From the NCBI GenBank assembly GCA_011109175.1, contig RDEW01000011.1, forward strand, positions 939,406 to 973,409: a DNA stretch of 34,004 bases, written 5' to 3'. How positions within the stretch are numbered: position 1 is the stretch's first letter; the number at the start of each line of letters is the position of its first letter. The notes under the pieces are model-generated. The model was given only the letters and a program-made list of their open reading frames with translations. It was not told the DNA's origin and did no database searches. The DNA comes from Dicyema japonicum. Its lineage: Eukaryota; Animalia; Dicyemida. This document shows, in pieces, positions 22,498 through 33,900 of the stretch. A program made the translations under genes and the position numbers.

Positions 22498-23884
22498 ATG
22501 CAGGGAGAGTGACCAAAACTTCTGGATAAACGACAAAAATTAGTCCAGCACCTAAAATATTATAAAATTTGACTACGAACCATCAGCAACAACTTTATCA
22601 ACTGGAAGGCCAGTTTTATAACTTAAATAGCCAATAATCGCAAAAACAGCGAATCCTGCATAAATACTTGTAAGGCAATTCACCAGAGCACAAATAACAG
22701 CATCTCTAATTTTTACAATTTTTTACTTTACCTGCTAAATTTATTATCGAACTCATTATAAGAAGAGTAAAGTAAAAGAGATCCGAATCCAATACCTAAA
22801 GAATAAAAAATTTGAGTAGCAGCAGCTATCCAAACAGTTCCGTCAGCCAATTTAGACCACGTGGGTTTTATAAAATAAGTAATTCCCTTTAGGGCTCCCG
22901 GTTGCGAGGCTGTTTTGCCAAGAATGATTGAAATCAAAATATACGGTAAAATTGCTGTAAAGTACACAATCTACAGTAATTAAACTATTATACTTTTCCA
23001 CTAGATTTAATACCTTTGGAAAGACAAATGAACACAATCAACCAAGCAACCCCCAAAGCCCCAAGAACACCGGGAACAAATTTTCCAGTATCAGAAATAC
23101 TTTTTGTTTGTTGAAGGACCTTGTTCCTAAAATAGTTAAATCAGAAATACGTCCAAAATTCTTCAGAAGGTGAGATTCCTCTGTAGGTGGAGCAATTAAA
23201 TTCTCTCCATAAAGTATCCATACTGATCTCTGAATATAATTTTTTTTTGCTCAAAAAATTTTTAACAGTTTCATTGTCACACAAAAAATTTTTTTTGATT
23301 TTAGCTTAAAATTAAAAAGATATAAAACTGAGACTTCCTATTCCCAGTGAAGTTATGTTGTATTCAAGTTCTACTGTCCTATCAGTGCAGTTTCCAGTGT
23401 TCCACGGATTCCCACATGTCTTCCAAGGAATTTTGGGAAAACAAGAATAATATAAGTAAACGAATGCCCAAGAAATTATCGTATTATAATACATTGTGAC
23501 AAGGCCTGACATTAAACCCATAGAGTAGCCAATTCCTAAGACATATAATATTTTGACACCCTTGAAAATTGGCACCATTGATAATGCTTTAAGAGGTCGA
23601 GCTGAACTGAATTGTCCGATTCCAAATTCCATATGAAAAAGTGGAATTCCAGTGAGCAGTAAGAAAATTACATAAGGTACCAAGAAGGCTCCTAGAGATA
23701 TATTATTTAAAATACCTCCTCCGTTTGAGTATGCAAGGTAAGGAAATCTCCAAATATTGCCCAAACCAACAGCATAACCAATTACGGATAGCATAAATTG
23801 GAGATGATTCTCCCATTTTTCATGCGACTAAGATAATTATGAAATATTAACAGAATCTTGAGACATTTTTTCCTTTGAACTCAT
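22498..23884 (-). CDS. SLC6/NSS transporter copy B, 5' two-thirds visible, 3' part lost in the gap
   Basis: Same exon-intron structure as copy A, mostly >90% identical. It has a different first exon (MSSKEKMSQDS vs MSIKKKQTDKSSDS). The frame is open up to the gap, at the position equivalent to ~14247. Confidence 0.93.
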
Positions 23885-23899
23885 TTTCTAAAACTGGCG

Positions 23900-24070
23900 A
23901 TGTTCGATATTTATATTGCAAAAATTAAAAAAAAGTTATTGGTACTTTTTTGCAAAAACCACTACGAAATATGTTTTTGTAAAATTACCGTCTGAAATTT
24001 TAGCGGTTTGTGTTTTGATAATGCATTAAGTACAACTTATAACGTCAGATTTCATAATTAATTTCGTCAC
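23900..24070 (-). promoter_or_regulatory. Putative promoter of SLC6 copy B (TATAAATA at 23915-23908 plus conserved blocks)
   Basis: Same ordered motif blocks as 15660-15825, embedded in diverged spacers. Confidence 0.6.
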
Positions 24071-24359
24071 AATATTTTTTCCGCATTTTTAAAAAATCAA
24101 TTTAGTAAAATTAAAAAATTAATCAAAGTTTTGACTATCCTCGTTATATTTACCAAATAATTGTTATCTGAATTGGAAAAATTTGTCCAATTTTTTCCCG
24201 TAATTTTACGTGGTTAATAAAAATATTAAAATCATACGTCATCGGACAAGTTTAATTACTCTTCACATTAAAAAACACTAAATTTTTATATAATAGACTA
24301 ATTACGTTCACATTCAATGTTTTTCTAGATTTGCAGAGTACATCTAGATTTGCAGTTGC

Positions 24360-26065
24360 GGTAACCCCTCCAATCGAGTGGAGGAGAGCGAATGATCTTT
24401 TTTCGCACCATCCTGTGACTGGCCGTCATCTAAGACAGGTGGAGTACACTCTTGTACCTCATTTTGGAAAACGGTAAGAAGGATCAATAGCCAATAAGGA
24501 GAACTGCGGAACTGAGGTCGTTACCCGCAACGCTTCGGAACCCGCTCGCAAACTTGCAAAAAAGATTATGAAGTACTACGTATCGATCAGCCATAAAGAT
24601 TTTTCTCGCTCTCCACATGTTGAACGGCGCGGGCCGCAACAAGAACCGTATTCCACATACTTCACCCCCCATGATGTTGACAAGGCTATTAAATTGTTAC
24701 GTCTCACTCGTGCTCGTAGTCCCGACGTTATTTGTACTATTAACCTCAAACACCTCGGACCACAGGCACAGGCCATACGATCAAGACTGTACAACGACTC
24801 TATCAACTACCATACGCTACCTAATATATGGAAGAATTCCCTGATTATACCAATTCTAAAGCCTGGCCCCGTCTCAATAACTTGTGTTTTATCAAAAGTG
24901 CTAGAAAAGCTTGTATTAATGCGTATCTCTCCTGTTCTACATCTACCAGAGTTTTAACATGGTTTCAAGAGACCGTTCTACAACAACTCAGTTGGGTTCT
25001 ATCTCCCAGTTTATTACTGACGGGTTCAACATGAGAACACACTTACAGACGGCCTTAGTATCCATTGATATACAGTAGGCCTTTGATTCTGTTCCGAGGA
25101 AACTCCTAACGCAAAAGATTTTTAATTCGAACTTACATCCGAACATCAAGCTATGGTTGGAAAATTTCTTAACTGGAGGACGCGGAAAAATCCGGATTGA
25201 CAAAACCACTTTAAAATCAAGACTACTCCCCAATTGGGTCCCACAAGGCTCGCATTTATCTCCTCTCCTTTTCAACCTATGTCTACACGACCTACCTACT
25301 ACCAGTGACCAGGAGACTATGTTTTTATCCTATGCGGACGACCTAATTATCGCTGCAAGAGATAAATCTACTTCGTGGTTGTAGAAATTGTTCAGTCACA
25401 CCTAAACCGGGTATGTGACTGGCTATCTGCAAATATGTTAGGTGTGTCAGCATCTAAATCCCAGTTCACTATTTTTACTACTGATTGATGATTTAAGGAT
25501 GGACTCGAACTGTTTTTTGGAGATACTTCTATCTCTTCTATGCGGACCCAGAAAATTCTTGGGGTAGTTTTCGACTCTCTGATGACGTTCTCGAGTCACG
25601 TGGAGGAGGTGCTTGCCAAGGGTCTTCGGAAATGGAAAATTTTAAAAGCGATCATAAAGAAGAGCCTCTTTTCCCCCTGCTGCGTACGTCAACAAGGTCT
25701 ACCAACAAGTCATTGTTCCTACTATTGAATATGCCTGCTCCACCTGGAGATTTGTCATTCCCTCTTCGAGAATTGATCGTTTGAACTCTCTCAAGAAAAA
25801 AATTATGCACCACACTGACATTTCCATTGGCGGCCTCGTTTCCGATGAGGCGACGTTGAAGAATGGTCAGGGTTTCCTACGTTTTTGCAAGGAACTGAGA
25901 AACCCATTTAAGGAAAAGGCAGAGGAATTTCAGTCGATTATAAAAAAGTGCATGCCGATTAAATTCCTAAGAAAGAAGAGAAGTCGCTTCCGGAATGCGG
26001 TTAAGTCATCAGAAGACCAGGCGAAGAGAGTTTGGATGTTGTTGGAGGCTGAGATCACCTAATTA
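24360..26065 (+). mobile_element. Decayed 5'-truncated I-group (Ingi/Vingi-like) LINE
   Basis: LKHLGP, IWKNSLIIPILKPG, SKVLEKL, VPQGSHLSPLLFN, LSYADDLII, ILGVVFDSLMTFSSHV, PTIEYACSTW; ORF 25781-26062 is the in-frame C-terminus. Stops and frameshifts throughout. Confidence 0.9.
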
Positions 26066-26074
26066 GTTAATTTT

Positions 26075-26690
26075 GAACTATCTTTCTTGGTGGAGTATTG
26101 ACCGTGTACTAACTCGGGACGAAAGAGAGAATCCAATCTTTTACGTTCTCTTCAGATACAAGTAGATTAGGTAATTGTCCTGGGCAAGGCGGTATCCAAT
26201 GGTCGTTGGGGGGACTTGGATGTCACTCAACAAGTGCTGCGTAGGACTGTTCAGACAGCATATCAGAATTATACGCTTCTGATATGCAAGAATCCTCACG
26301 GAAGCACGGATACCTTCAGAAAGCTTTCAACGGATTGCACTTTGTAATCTTTGTGTGTTCGAGATAGTCGTTGATTGCTTCTCATTGTTTTGGAATCTTA
26401 GATGAGCTTTTCGGAATCTGCCAATAGGTTCCTTAAGGAGAATGTGCGGAAATTCTCCTTTACTAATGACGTAAGTGATTTCTCTTCTTTCCTCCTTCTA
26501 TGGGGTATGCATAGTGTGAATGGAGCGAAGCAAAATAATCGTACCCAATCCTCAGAGTCGTCCGAAAAGACTGCCCTTTCAATACATTCACATAGGCAGT
26601 CCGCGACAGATATATGGTCAGCTTTGGGGATCCTGATCAGGATTATTCGTGTGTGTGAGGTTTGGACGTTTTAATTAAATTTACGATCCA
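26075..26690 (-). mobile_element. Decayed CRE-like non-LTR retrotransposon, pre-RT region
   Basis: Minus strand RIPKADHISVA...DWVRLFCFA..LCIP..SLTSLVK, KLSEGIRASVRIL, ALVE*HP and VSEENVKDWILSF match the RIPK..W..L.F..SL / KLSEGDxRGAVRIL / LxxKHP / VxxAIxSF order of CRE-clade proteins. Confidence 0.75.
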
Positions 26691-26720
26691 AGAAAGACAA
26701 TTTTATGAAAAAATACAAAA

Positions 26721-28582
26721 TTAAGAAAAATTAGATCCAGGCTTAATATTAATTACGCCAAAATTACTATCCTGATCAACCTAAAATAGGAAAAACAAAA
26801 ATACCTCCACAAAATTATGCTTTGCTAGCACTAGCAAACAGTAGAACTTAACAGCCGCCTTTTTTCTGTTGTCCCCCACTGATAGTCTCTCAAATGTAGT
26901 ACTTCCCTCATCAAACTGCGATCTTATCAGCGTAATGAGACTTCCAACGTTTCCATTAGTTTGGAAGCCCCCACTTTGAGGTGTCTTGGGCAACAAGTCA
27001 CCACCAATCTCGTCAAACAGCTAAATCAACCAAAATCAAACTTCAAAATCATCCCTCCTTTCAGATTCCATCAAAAACGCCGGATCAGAGACCGATAAAT
27101 CCTCCAAGGGGAAATTTCCTGGATTATAGTGTTCCGGAACTGACGATTCTATACTTTTGAGTCCCCCAATATCACACAGTCGCTTAGACGCTGAGGACAA
27201 ATTATCCAAGATTATTTCGTCCCCTAATCGTCCAAAATATAAAATACTCAACGACTTTTGAAATCTTGTCTTCTCAATGGAATATCCACCAGTCTTCTCC
27301 CAGTGAAGGAAATCCTCCCACGTGAGATTATACCGATAATTTTGGCTCAGCATCTACAAATCAATTAAAACACAAAAAACAGTCCCTATTTGATTTGCAA
27401 CTGAAATATTGATCATATTAGGCCACGTGGCTGACAGCAGCTCATCCCCCTTTCCCTTCATCCTCTTAGCTGAGGACAACATGACAGTCTCCAATGTCAT
27501 GCCCTGCTTCATTTGAGCCTTCATAGCCTCACTTGTGAGACCCTTCACCACGTCGACCAAAACTTTCCGTTTTTTGGAAGCCACTCTTTTATTGGGGACT
27601 AAATCGTCAAAGTCGAAAAACCCCATTGTCTATCAGGTTCCAAAATCTGGGAAGAGATATCCCCGACCAAGGGATTCGTGGATAAAGGTTCAGCAACCAC
27701 AGTATTCACAGATTCTTCATTTAAGGCAAATTGATACCTTCCAACTCTGGCACGTGGTAAGAGAAGTTCTGAGCACTCAATTCGACTGCTTTCTGGGCCG
27801 CAGTTATGTCGATGAGCTTATTCAATTCACCTAGGGGGTTACTTTTAGCAAAAACCGTCCTGGTTAGAAAATACCGTTAAATTCCCGCCAATCCGTTCGG
27901 CTAAACGTAATAATGAAAATTATAAGACTACAGGAGATCCCCGACTTCATTGGAACTCCGATGGGCTCCTCCTCAGTCACTGAATTGTAGATCAGCGAGT
28001 ATATGGAGGCAGGGTCCTCAAAGCCAAAGTCATCTTAGCATAAATACGGGATAAACCAATAGATCGATCCCTTCCGTCAGTAAAGTGATAGGATTCCTTT
28101 AACGTGATCAATTCCGGCGCAGTCTGGTTAGTGTTGAAGGCGAGATTATCAAAACTCAAATCCCTGGGAATAAAAATTCATATTTACTCATTTTCGGGAA
28201 TTATAGAGTCAAATTCATAAAATTCTGGCAGAGTTATCAAATTGTCATTCAGTTCTTTTCTTTTTTCGGTCTCGGATTCGTTTACAATACGCTGAGTCGA
28301 TATTATATTCATCACGGCGTCATTGCAGTCAGCAAGCAAGTATTTGATCTTCCGGGAGTGGATTTTGGATATTCCGAGCAGAAGATATCCAGAAGTCCGC
28401 ATGGACAGAGTCAACTAAAATGTATTGAAGTTTCTTACTTTTGGCTTAAGAATAGCCTCAATACTTGAAAAAATGTCGATTTCCAAAATATTTGCTTTTG
28501 AAAGCTTTTTATCCCAGTGTGCTGCCAGCCAGACTCTGGAAAGCGGACCTCTTTTGCTTAGAATCACATGAGTGTAGAACAT
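26721..28582 (-). CDS. RAD21: Cohesin kleisin subunit RAD21, about 11-12 exons
   Basis: N-terminus [27 protein letters not shown] and [27 protein letters not shown]; SA-binding-like [22 protein letters not shown]; C-terminal winged helix [33 protein letters not shown]. Introns of 21-38 nt; the N-terminus is RAD21-like rather than REC8-like. Confidence 0.95.
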
Positions 28583-28899
28583 TCTACGCTTTTAACGATT
28601 AGTAAATTTTAAAACTTGTAAGCCCACTTACTTCAAATTGCGCTATTCAATTTATTTTTTAAATTACGATTATTAAAATTAATTCTTATATTTAAAACTT
28701 ATTTTTGATACAATTTTTAATATTTTTTCCATCAAGAATTTAATATCCCTTAGCGTGGCGTTATGTGGTCCAATTCAAAAGGATTTGGAAATTCCCAGGG
28801 GGCACCTAATGCCCACCGAAAAAAGACCGATAGACCCCATCTTCTTGGGACATTCTCGTTCCTGGGCGATGCATTTTGCGGAAGATCGAACTCTCCCGG

Positions 28900-30095
28900 A
28901 GGAAATCCTCAGCCCATCGAAGAGAAAAGTACTTTACGGCTCTCCAGCTAAATATAAATGGAATTTAATGAAAAAATCAGTGAACTCCGCTCACTCCTGG
29001 CTTGAACTCCGCTCAAAAATTAACGTTGCGATGATTCAAGAGACCAAACTCTCTTTTAATGGCTCTACCCCAACATTCCCAGGGTACAAAGCTATCAGGA
29101 AGAACCGTAGAGAAAAAAGTCTCACAGAACAGACAACATTCCTGTTATTTCATTAAAAATCTTGAAGACCGGGGAGCCCCTTTCCTAATGTCGTTTTTCA
29201 ACTACTCGATTAAGCAGAATATGATACCATCATTATGGAAACAGGCAATAATACGGGCAATACTAAAACCAGGAAGACTGAGAGATAACCGAGCGTCTTT
29301 TAGATCGGTGTCACTACTATGTTCCTGTCAAAAATCCTGGAGAGACTTGTGCTCGGGGAATAAAAGAATTTTTACCAGAGAGACCTTTTCAACATGGATT
29401 CAAAAATGAGAGATCTTCATGCTTGCAAACATTGATCGACTTCATTCGAGTCGTATTCACAGCCAAGCCGAGACACTTTAAAACAGTGCTCTGACCGATT
29501 GACATACATAAAGCTTTTGACTCAGTTTCGAGGAAGATTCCATCGACAAAAATATTTCAATCGGTGATCCCAAGTAACCTTGGGATCATCTACTTCCTAA
29601 GTAGACGAAAGGGACGTGTTTGTCTCGGAGGTTTGAACTCAATCTCACGGCTCCTATCCAACAAAGTCCCTCCTTCATCCCCTGCTCTGTTTTACCTCTT
29701 TCTAGCCGATCTCCCAAATTTTGAATCTGACAATGATGTTCTACTTTCTTATACGAATGGTATTGTGTTGACTTCGAGAAATCAGGACAGCCACAGAATG
29801 AATACAAATTAACCTGGAGAAGCTTAATGCCAGGATAATGGAAAACCGGCTCGTAGTGAATGCAGAAAAGTCGTCTACGTCACTATTTATCTCTGACAAA
29901 AGATTGGGAAGGAAGACAGTCACCTTGAAGTTATACAAGGTTAGCATCCCTTTCAGCAGATGTCAAAGGATCTTGGGTGTGACAATTGATATGCATCTCT
30001 GTTTGCGACCACACCTAGAAAACATTCTATTGAAATGCGAGAAGAAACTGAACGTATTGAAATCGGTATTTGAGAACCATTTATCTTCATGACAC
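28900..30095 (+). mobile_element. Highly deleted I-group LINE with APE endonuclease and RT remnants
   Basis: LQLNINGI, AMIQETKL, GYKAIRKNR, WKQAIIRAILKPG, IDIHKAFDSV, PALFYLFLADLP and ILGVTID. Confidence 0.85.
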
Positions 30096-30673
30096 GAAGC
30101 GTTGTCAAGAAGGATTAAAATTTTTCTCTCTTCATTTTTCATTCGTTCATTTATTAAAAATAACTATTGGTTAAACAAATAAAAAAACGGTCCTTTTTCC
30201 TTTTATGAACCTCAAATTTCAAATTTGAATTTTTCTGTTTTCGTGGCCAACTAACCATTAGGCCAGTTGACCATCTTAATTCTAACTATGTTAATCAAAT
30301 ATTGCTTAAATGTACTAAAGTATAACAAATGAATTAAATTAGATTAAAGGTTATGGGCTTTTGAAATATCACAGGTTCTTCCTCAAAGTTTTTGCTGGGG
30401 TATCTCTTAAATCGATTAATTCACAATAAGCTTACCATACAATGGCTGGCATTATTATGGAACTTTGTACTATTGCCTCATCATCTGTGTAGTCTATTGT
30501 CATTAGCGACAGTTTTCACTTCTATATTCATTTTTCTGGGCCTTTCCGGATACAATCGATCTCCAACTCAGATAACTTTGTCAATTGGAGAGACTAAGAT
30601 CGCCCATTTTTTGACTGGTGGGGTTAATCTCTTCATACTTTGTCTTCTTTTATCAGTAACCCCAGAATTAAAA

Positions 30674-31620
30674 ATTATTATTACTTCCAGGATCACTGGG
30701 TCAAAGAGAAAGAAATAAAAGGTTCTCAACTAAGTGATCCCAGACCGACAAGGGAGAGGACGAGTCCGGTGGGGTCGAGAATCCTGAACAGCTCTTCTCA
30801 TTGGACATGGCATCGGCTCAAAATTTCTCATGATTGTAGATATTTCGATAGTGTATGGAATAAAGGACAGCTCGGTAAATTAGCCTCCTTTAAGACTTTC
30901 CGTTGTAATTCGATTAAGAGATTTTCAATGGGCTGGAATTTGTGTTCTGGTCCAATTATCATTATTGCAGTCTCCTCGATTGTGGATAGTTTCAATGAGA
31001 AGGAACGTGAAATCTGCATTGCCCACGAAGGACTTGCATACGTCATCGTGAGTCGGATAAATTGTTCATAAATCATGGCAAGGCCACCAGTTTGGTCTCT
31101 AAGTGTTTTTGAGAGCACTTTTAAAATTCTCAGTTTCCTCAGAGCAGATGTTACCTTGTCCTCAACATGTCGGATAAAGGTGAGTCCTTAATCAAAGGTG
31201 ACTCCCAGAATCTTTGGTGTTTTGTTTATAGGAATAGCCTCGTTCTTCATAAAGATTTTTGGTTCGACACAGAGCTGTCTTTTGTAAGTGGCAAACAGCG
31301 TGACAGAAGACTTTGTTGCTGATGCGTCGAGTCTCCGCTTCGAGAGTCATAGTTCCAACCTGTCAAGCACTTTTTTGAGCAGACTGAGTCGCTGATTGAA
31401 TGCTTCTGTCTTTGGAGGCAAAAATGACATCGTCGGCATAGGAAAAGATTAGGCAGTTTTCATTACAGGTTTGTGGCATGCCTTTTATGTAGAGATTGAA
31501 AAGGGCTGGTGATAGTGGAGATCCTTGATGACGAAGGTTTCTTATATACCTAGGGCGTAAACCTTTCAAACCACTGCTGCTGCCTGGTGATAAGGATTTG
31601 ATTCCAGTCATTATATCTTA
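30674..31620 (-). mobile_element. Decayed 5'-truncated I-group LINE with intact 3' end and (TAA)n tail
   Basis: QGSPLSPALFNLY, FSYADDVIFA, ILGVTFD and TYASPSW; the 3' UTR ends acccagtgatcctggaagtaataataat. Confidence 0.88.
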
Positions 31621-31635
31621 TTCTGGGGAAAAGGT

Positions 31636-31828
31636 AGTCCATTGGTTTGAAAATTCCATCAGATCCGATAGAAAAGAATATTTATTCTCCCTGTCAATGG
31701 TGCGAGCAAGTACCTCGCCCAATACCATTCGGCAGTCCATTGGTTTGAAAATTCCATCAGATCCGATAGAAAAGAATATTTATTCTCCCGGTCAATAGTG
31801 CGGGCAAGTACCTCGCCCAATACCATTC
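31636..31828. repeat. 98-bp two-copy tandem duplication
   Basis: agtccattggtttgaaaattcc... at 31636 and 31734. Confidence 0.9.
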
Positions 31829-31906
31829 TCATTAAATGGAATCCTTTTGGCTGTTCTCAAGGGGGCGTTCAACCTCTTTCACGAGTTCCTTGCCCTCATC
31901 GGTGAC

Positions 31907-33300
31907 GTAAAACCTAACTCGTGCCCATCGAAAAATTAACAATTCTGCAACTAAACATTAACGGGATCTCTCGAAAAAGAAAAGTTGGTGGAATTTTTAT
32001 TTTCTCCCGACGTGGACATTGCATTAGTACAGGAATTAACACGTCCTTGATTGTCATTAACACGTCCTACTCCTCGATTCAAAGTTGTACTCATCAATTC
32101 GTATGGACCGTCCAAATGGAACAAATGGTCGAGGGGTTATCACACTTATTCGTGACAGTATCCCCTTCAATAACACAACCGAATCGACACACTCCACATT
32201 TCTACCTGATGGCCGTTTGGAGATCATCTCATTGCTGACAACAATCAATAACGTGACGTACGGATCATCAACATATATATTTCTCTTTCAAGTTGCTCAA
32301 AAAGATATCATCCTGACCTCTCTTGGATCTCGTCCCTTAAGAACATAACCGTGTGCGGGGACTTTAATGAGAGGATATTATCCTGACCTCTCGTCCTTGA
32401 AGAACCTGTCGATAGTAAAATAGATCAACGAGGGGAGTATATCTTGTCTCAGGCTGAAAGTCTCTAAGTCCTAAATGATCCTCTCTAGCACACACGTACA
32501 GCTTTATGAGCAAACGAATCCAACACCTCCCCCGATTTCTCCATTTGCTTCCCGAACATTGTCTTTCCGGATACAAACAGGTTTACGAGTTTGGTTAACA
32601 ATAATACAAGGTGAGCTCCCGCCTAAAAAGTTAAGAATGACGAAGGTCTCTGATATGCCCAGAAACTAAACCATCCAAACCCCCTCTACTCTTTGTGTGA
32701 AGGATTTGATCATAACCATTACCTAAGATTCGGTAAATAAAACAAGGAAGGGGCAGTCCAATGAGATTGAAAATTCTCTCAGATCCAATCGAGAGAGAGG
32801 ATGTTTATTCTCCAAAGTAGAAATTACTTCAGGGGTGACTGATAGGATGATTTCGGTTGAAAACAATGTTTTACACTGCTGCCCAGACGTCCCCATCCAT
32901 TAGCTTGGCATCAACCGCTTTCCGAAGAGAAAACTTTCTATCTCCATGATTAGGTATTTTCGAGAGGGAAGAAAAAGAAATTCCCATCTTCAAAAGACTG
33001 AATAAATTTCCTAAGGCTTCCAGCGATAGAAACTCCACGATGATTACAGTGCAATCCAAGTGCAATTTGAGGAAAGAGAAATAAGTAAATCCATTTTATT
33101 GTCTCCAAAAATATCGATTACTATGGCGTGNGGGAAGAAAAAGAGATTCCCATCTTCAAAAGACTGAATAGATTTCCTATGGCTTGCAGCGATAGAAACT
33201 CCACGTTGATTACAGTGCAATCCAAGTGCAATTAGATGAAAGAGAAATAAGTAAATCCATTTTATTGTCTCCAAAAATATCGATTACTATGGCGTGCTCG
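31907..33300 (+). mobile_element. Decayed 5' portion of an I-group LINE (APE endonuclease); its end is duplicated across the N at 33131
   Basis: LTILQLNINGISRK, VQET-like segment, GRGVITLIRDSIPF and IPIFK; the 166-bp block 32966-33130 is repeated at 33132-33296. Confidence 0.72.
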
Positions 33301-33364
33301 TCATCGGTGACCGTTCAAAAAATTTCCAAACCATAACTTCAGGTTTGCGTCAATGTTCGAAGAA

Positions 33365-33428
33365 TATTACTATTATTACCCCCAAGATCAGTGGGTCAAA
33401 GAGAAAAAAGTTAAAGTTCTCAACTAAC
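33365..33428 (-). mobile_element. Short isolated LINE 3' end
   Basis: Minus strand ttagttgagaac...ctctttgacccactgatcttgggggtaataatagtaat; same family as 1301 and 30674. Confidence 0.75.
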
Positions 33429-33764
33429 TGAGAATGTATTTCTAAGTGATGGTCTTCTTCGGAACAGTCAAATACCTTCTGATTGTAGATTTTATTAATT
33501 ATTTATTTATTTTTAAAATTATTTTATAATATGGCAAACCTTTTAATAAATTGGCACATTATTTGGCGTGCGTTGCCACGTTGTTGTGGTTGGCTTTTTG
33601 TTTCTATTGTATTTGTTCCTTCATATAATATATTCTACTGATATTTCAAATAATGCTGACGGCTGTTATCAAAATGTTCAATGTATGTTTTGGTAACCTA
33701 TAAATATGCACTATTCTCCATTATTTGATTTGTCTTATATTATTGAATGGCAAAATATTTTATT

Positions 33765-33900
33765 TGGTGGATGAAGACAATAAACATCACTTGGTGAATT
33801 TCCCGATCTGCCAAGGAAAAATTCTAAATCACCATATGGTAGATGAAGACAATGAACATCGCTTGGATAATTACCCGATCTGCCAAGGAAAAATTCTAAA
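33765..33900 (+). repeat. 72-bp two-copy tandem repeat (in-frame 24-aa repeat VDEDN..L.N.PICQGKIL)
   Basis: atgaagacaa...cccgatctgccaaggaaaaattctaaa at 33771 and 33843; coding status unsupported. Confidence 0.8.

Noticed and set aside
25900-26680. Apparent RNA polymerase RPB2-like motifs on the plus strand (LGKAVSNGRWGD..VTQQVLRR, FL..WGM), suggesting an endogenous giant-virus gene
   Set aside because: 25781-26062 is the in-frame C-terminus of the upstream LINE, and the minus strand of 26075-26690 matches CRE proteins much better. The plus-strand resemblance is antisense coincidence.
26721-28582. Assignment as meiotic REC8
   Set aside because: The N-terminus ([21 protein letters not shown]) and the KRKxxVD segment are RAD21-type.
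31870-31910. Hammerhead-like CCGATGAG...CTC.GTGAAA on the minus strand (also CTGATGAGGAC..GTC near 375)
   Set aside because: The core is imperfect and stems I and III cannot be formed.
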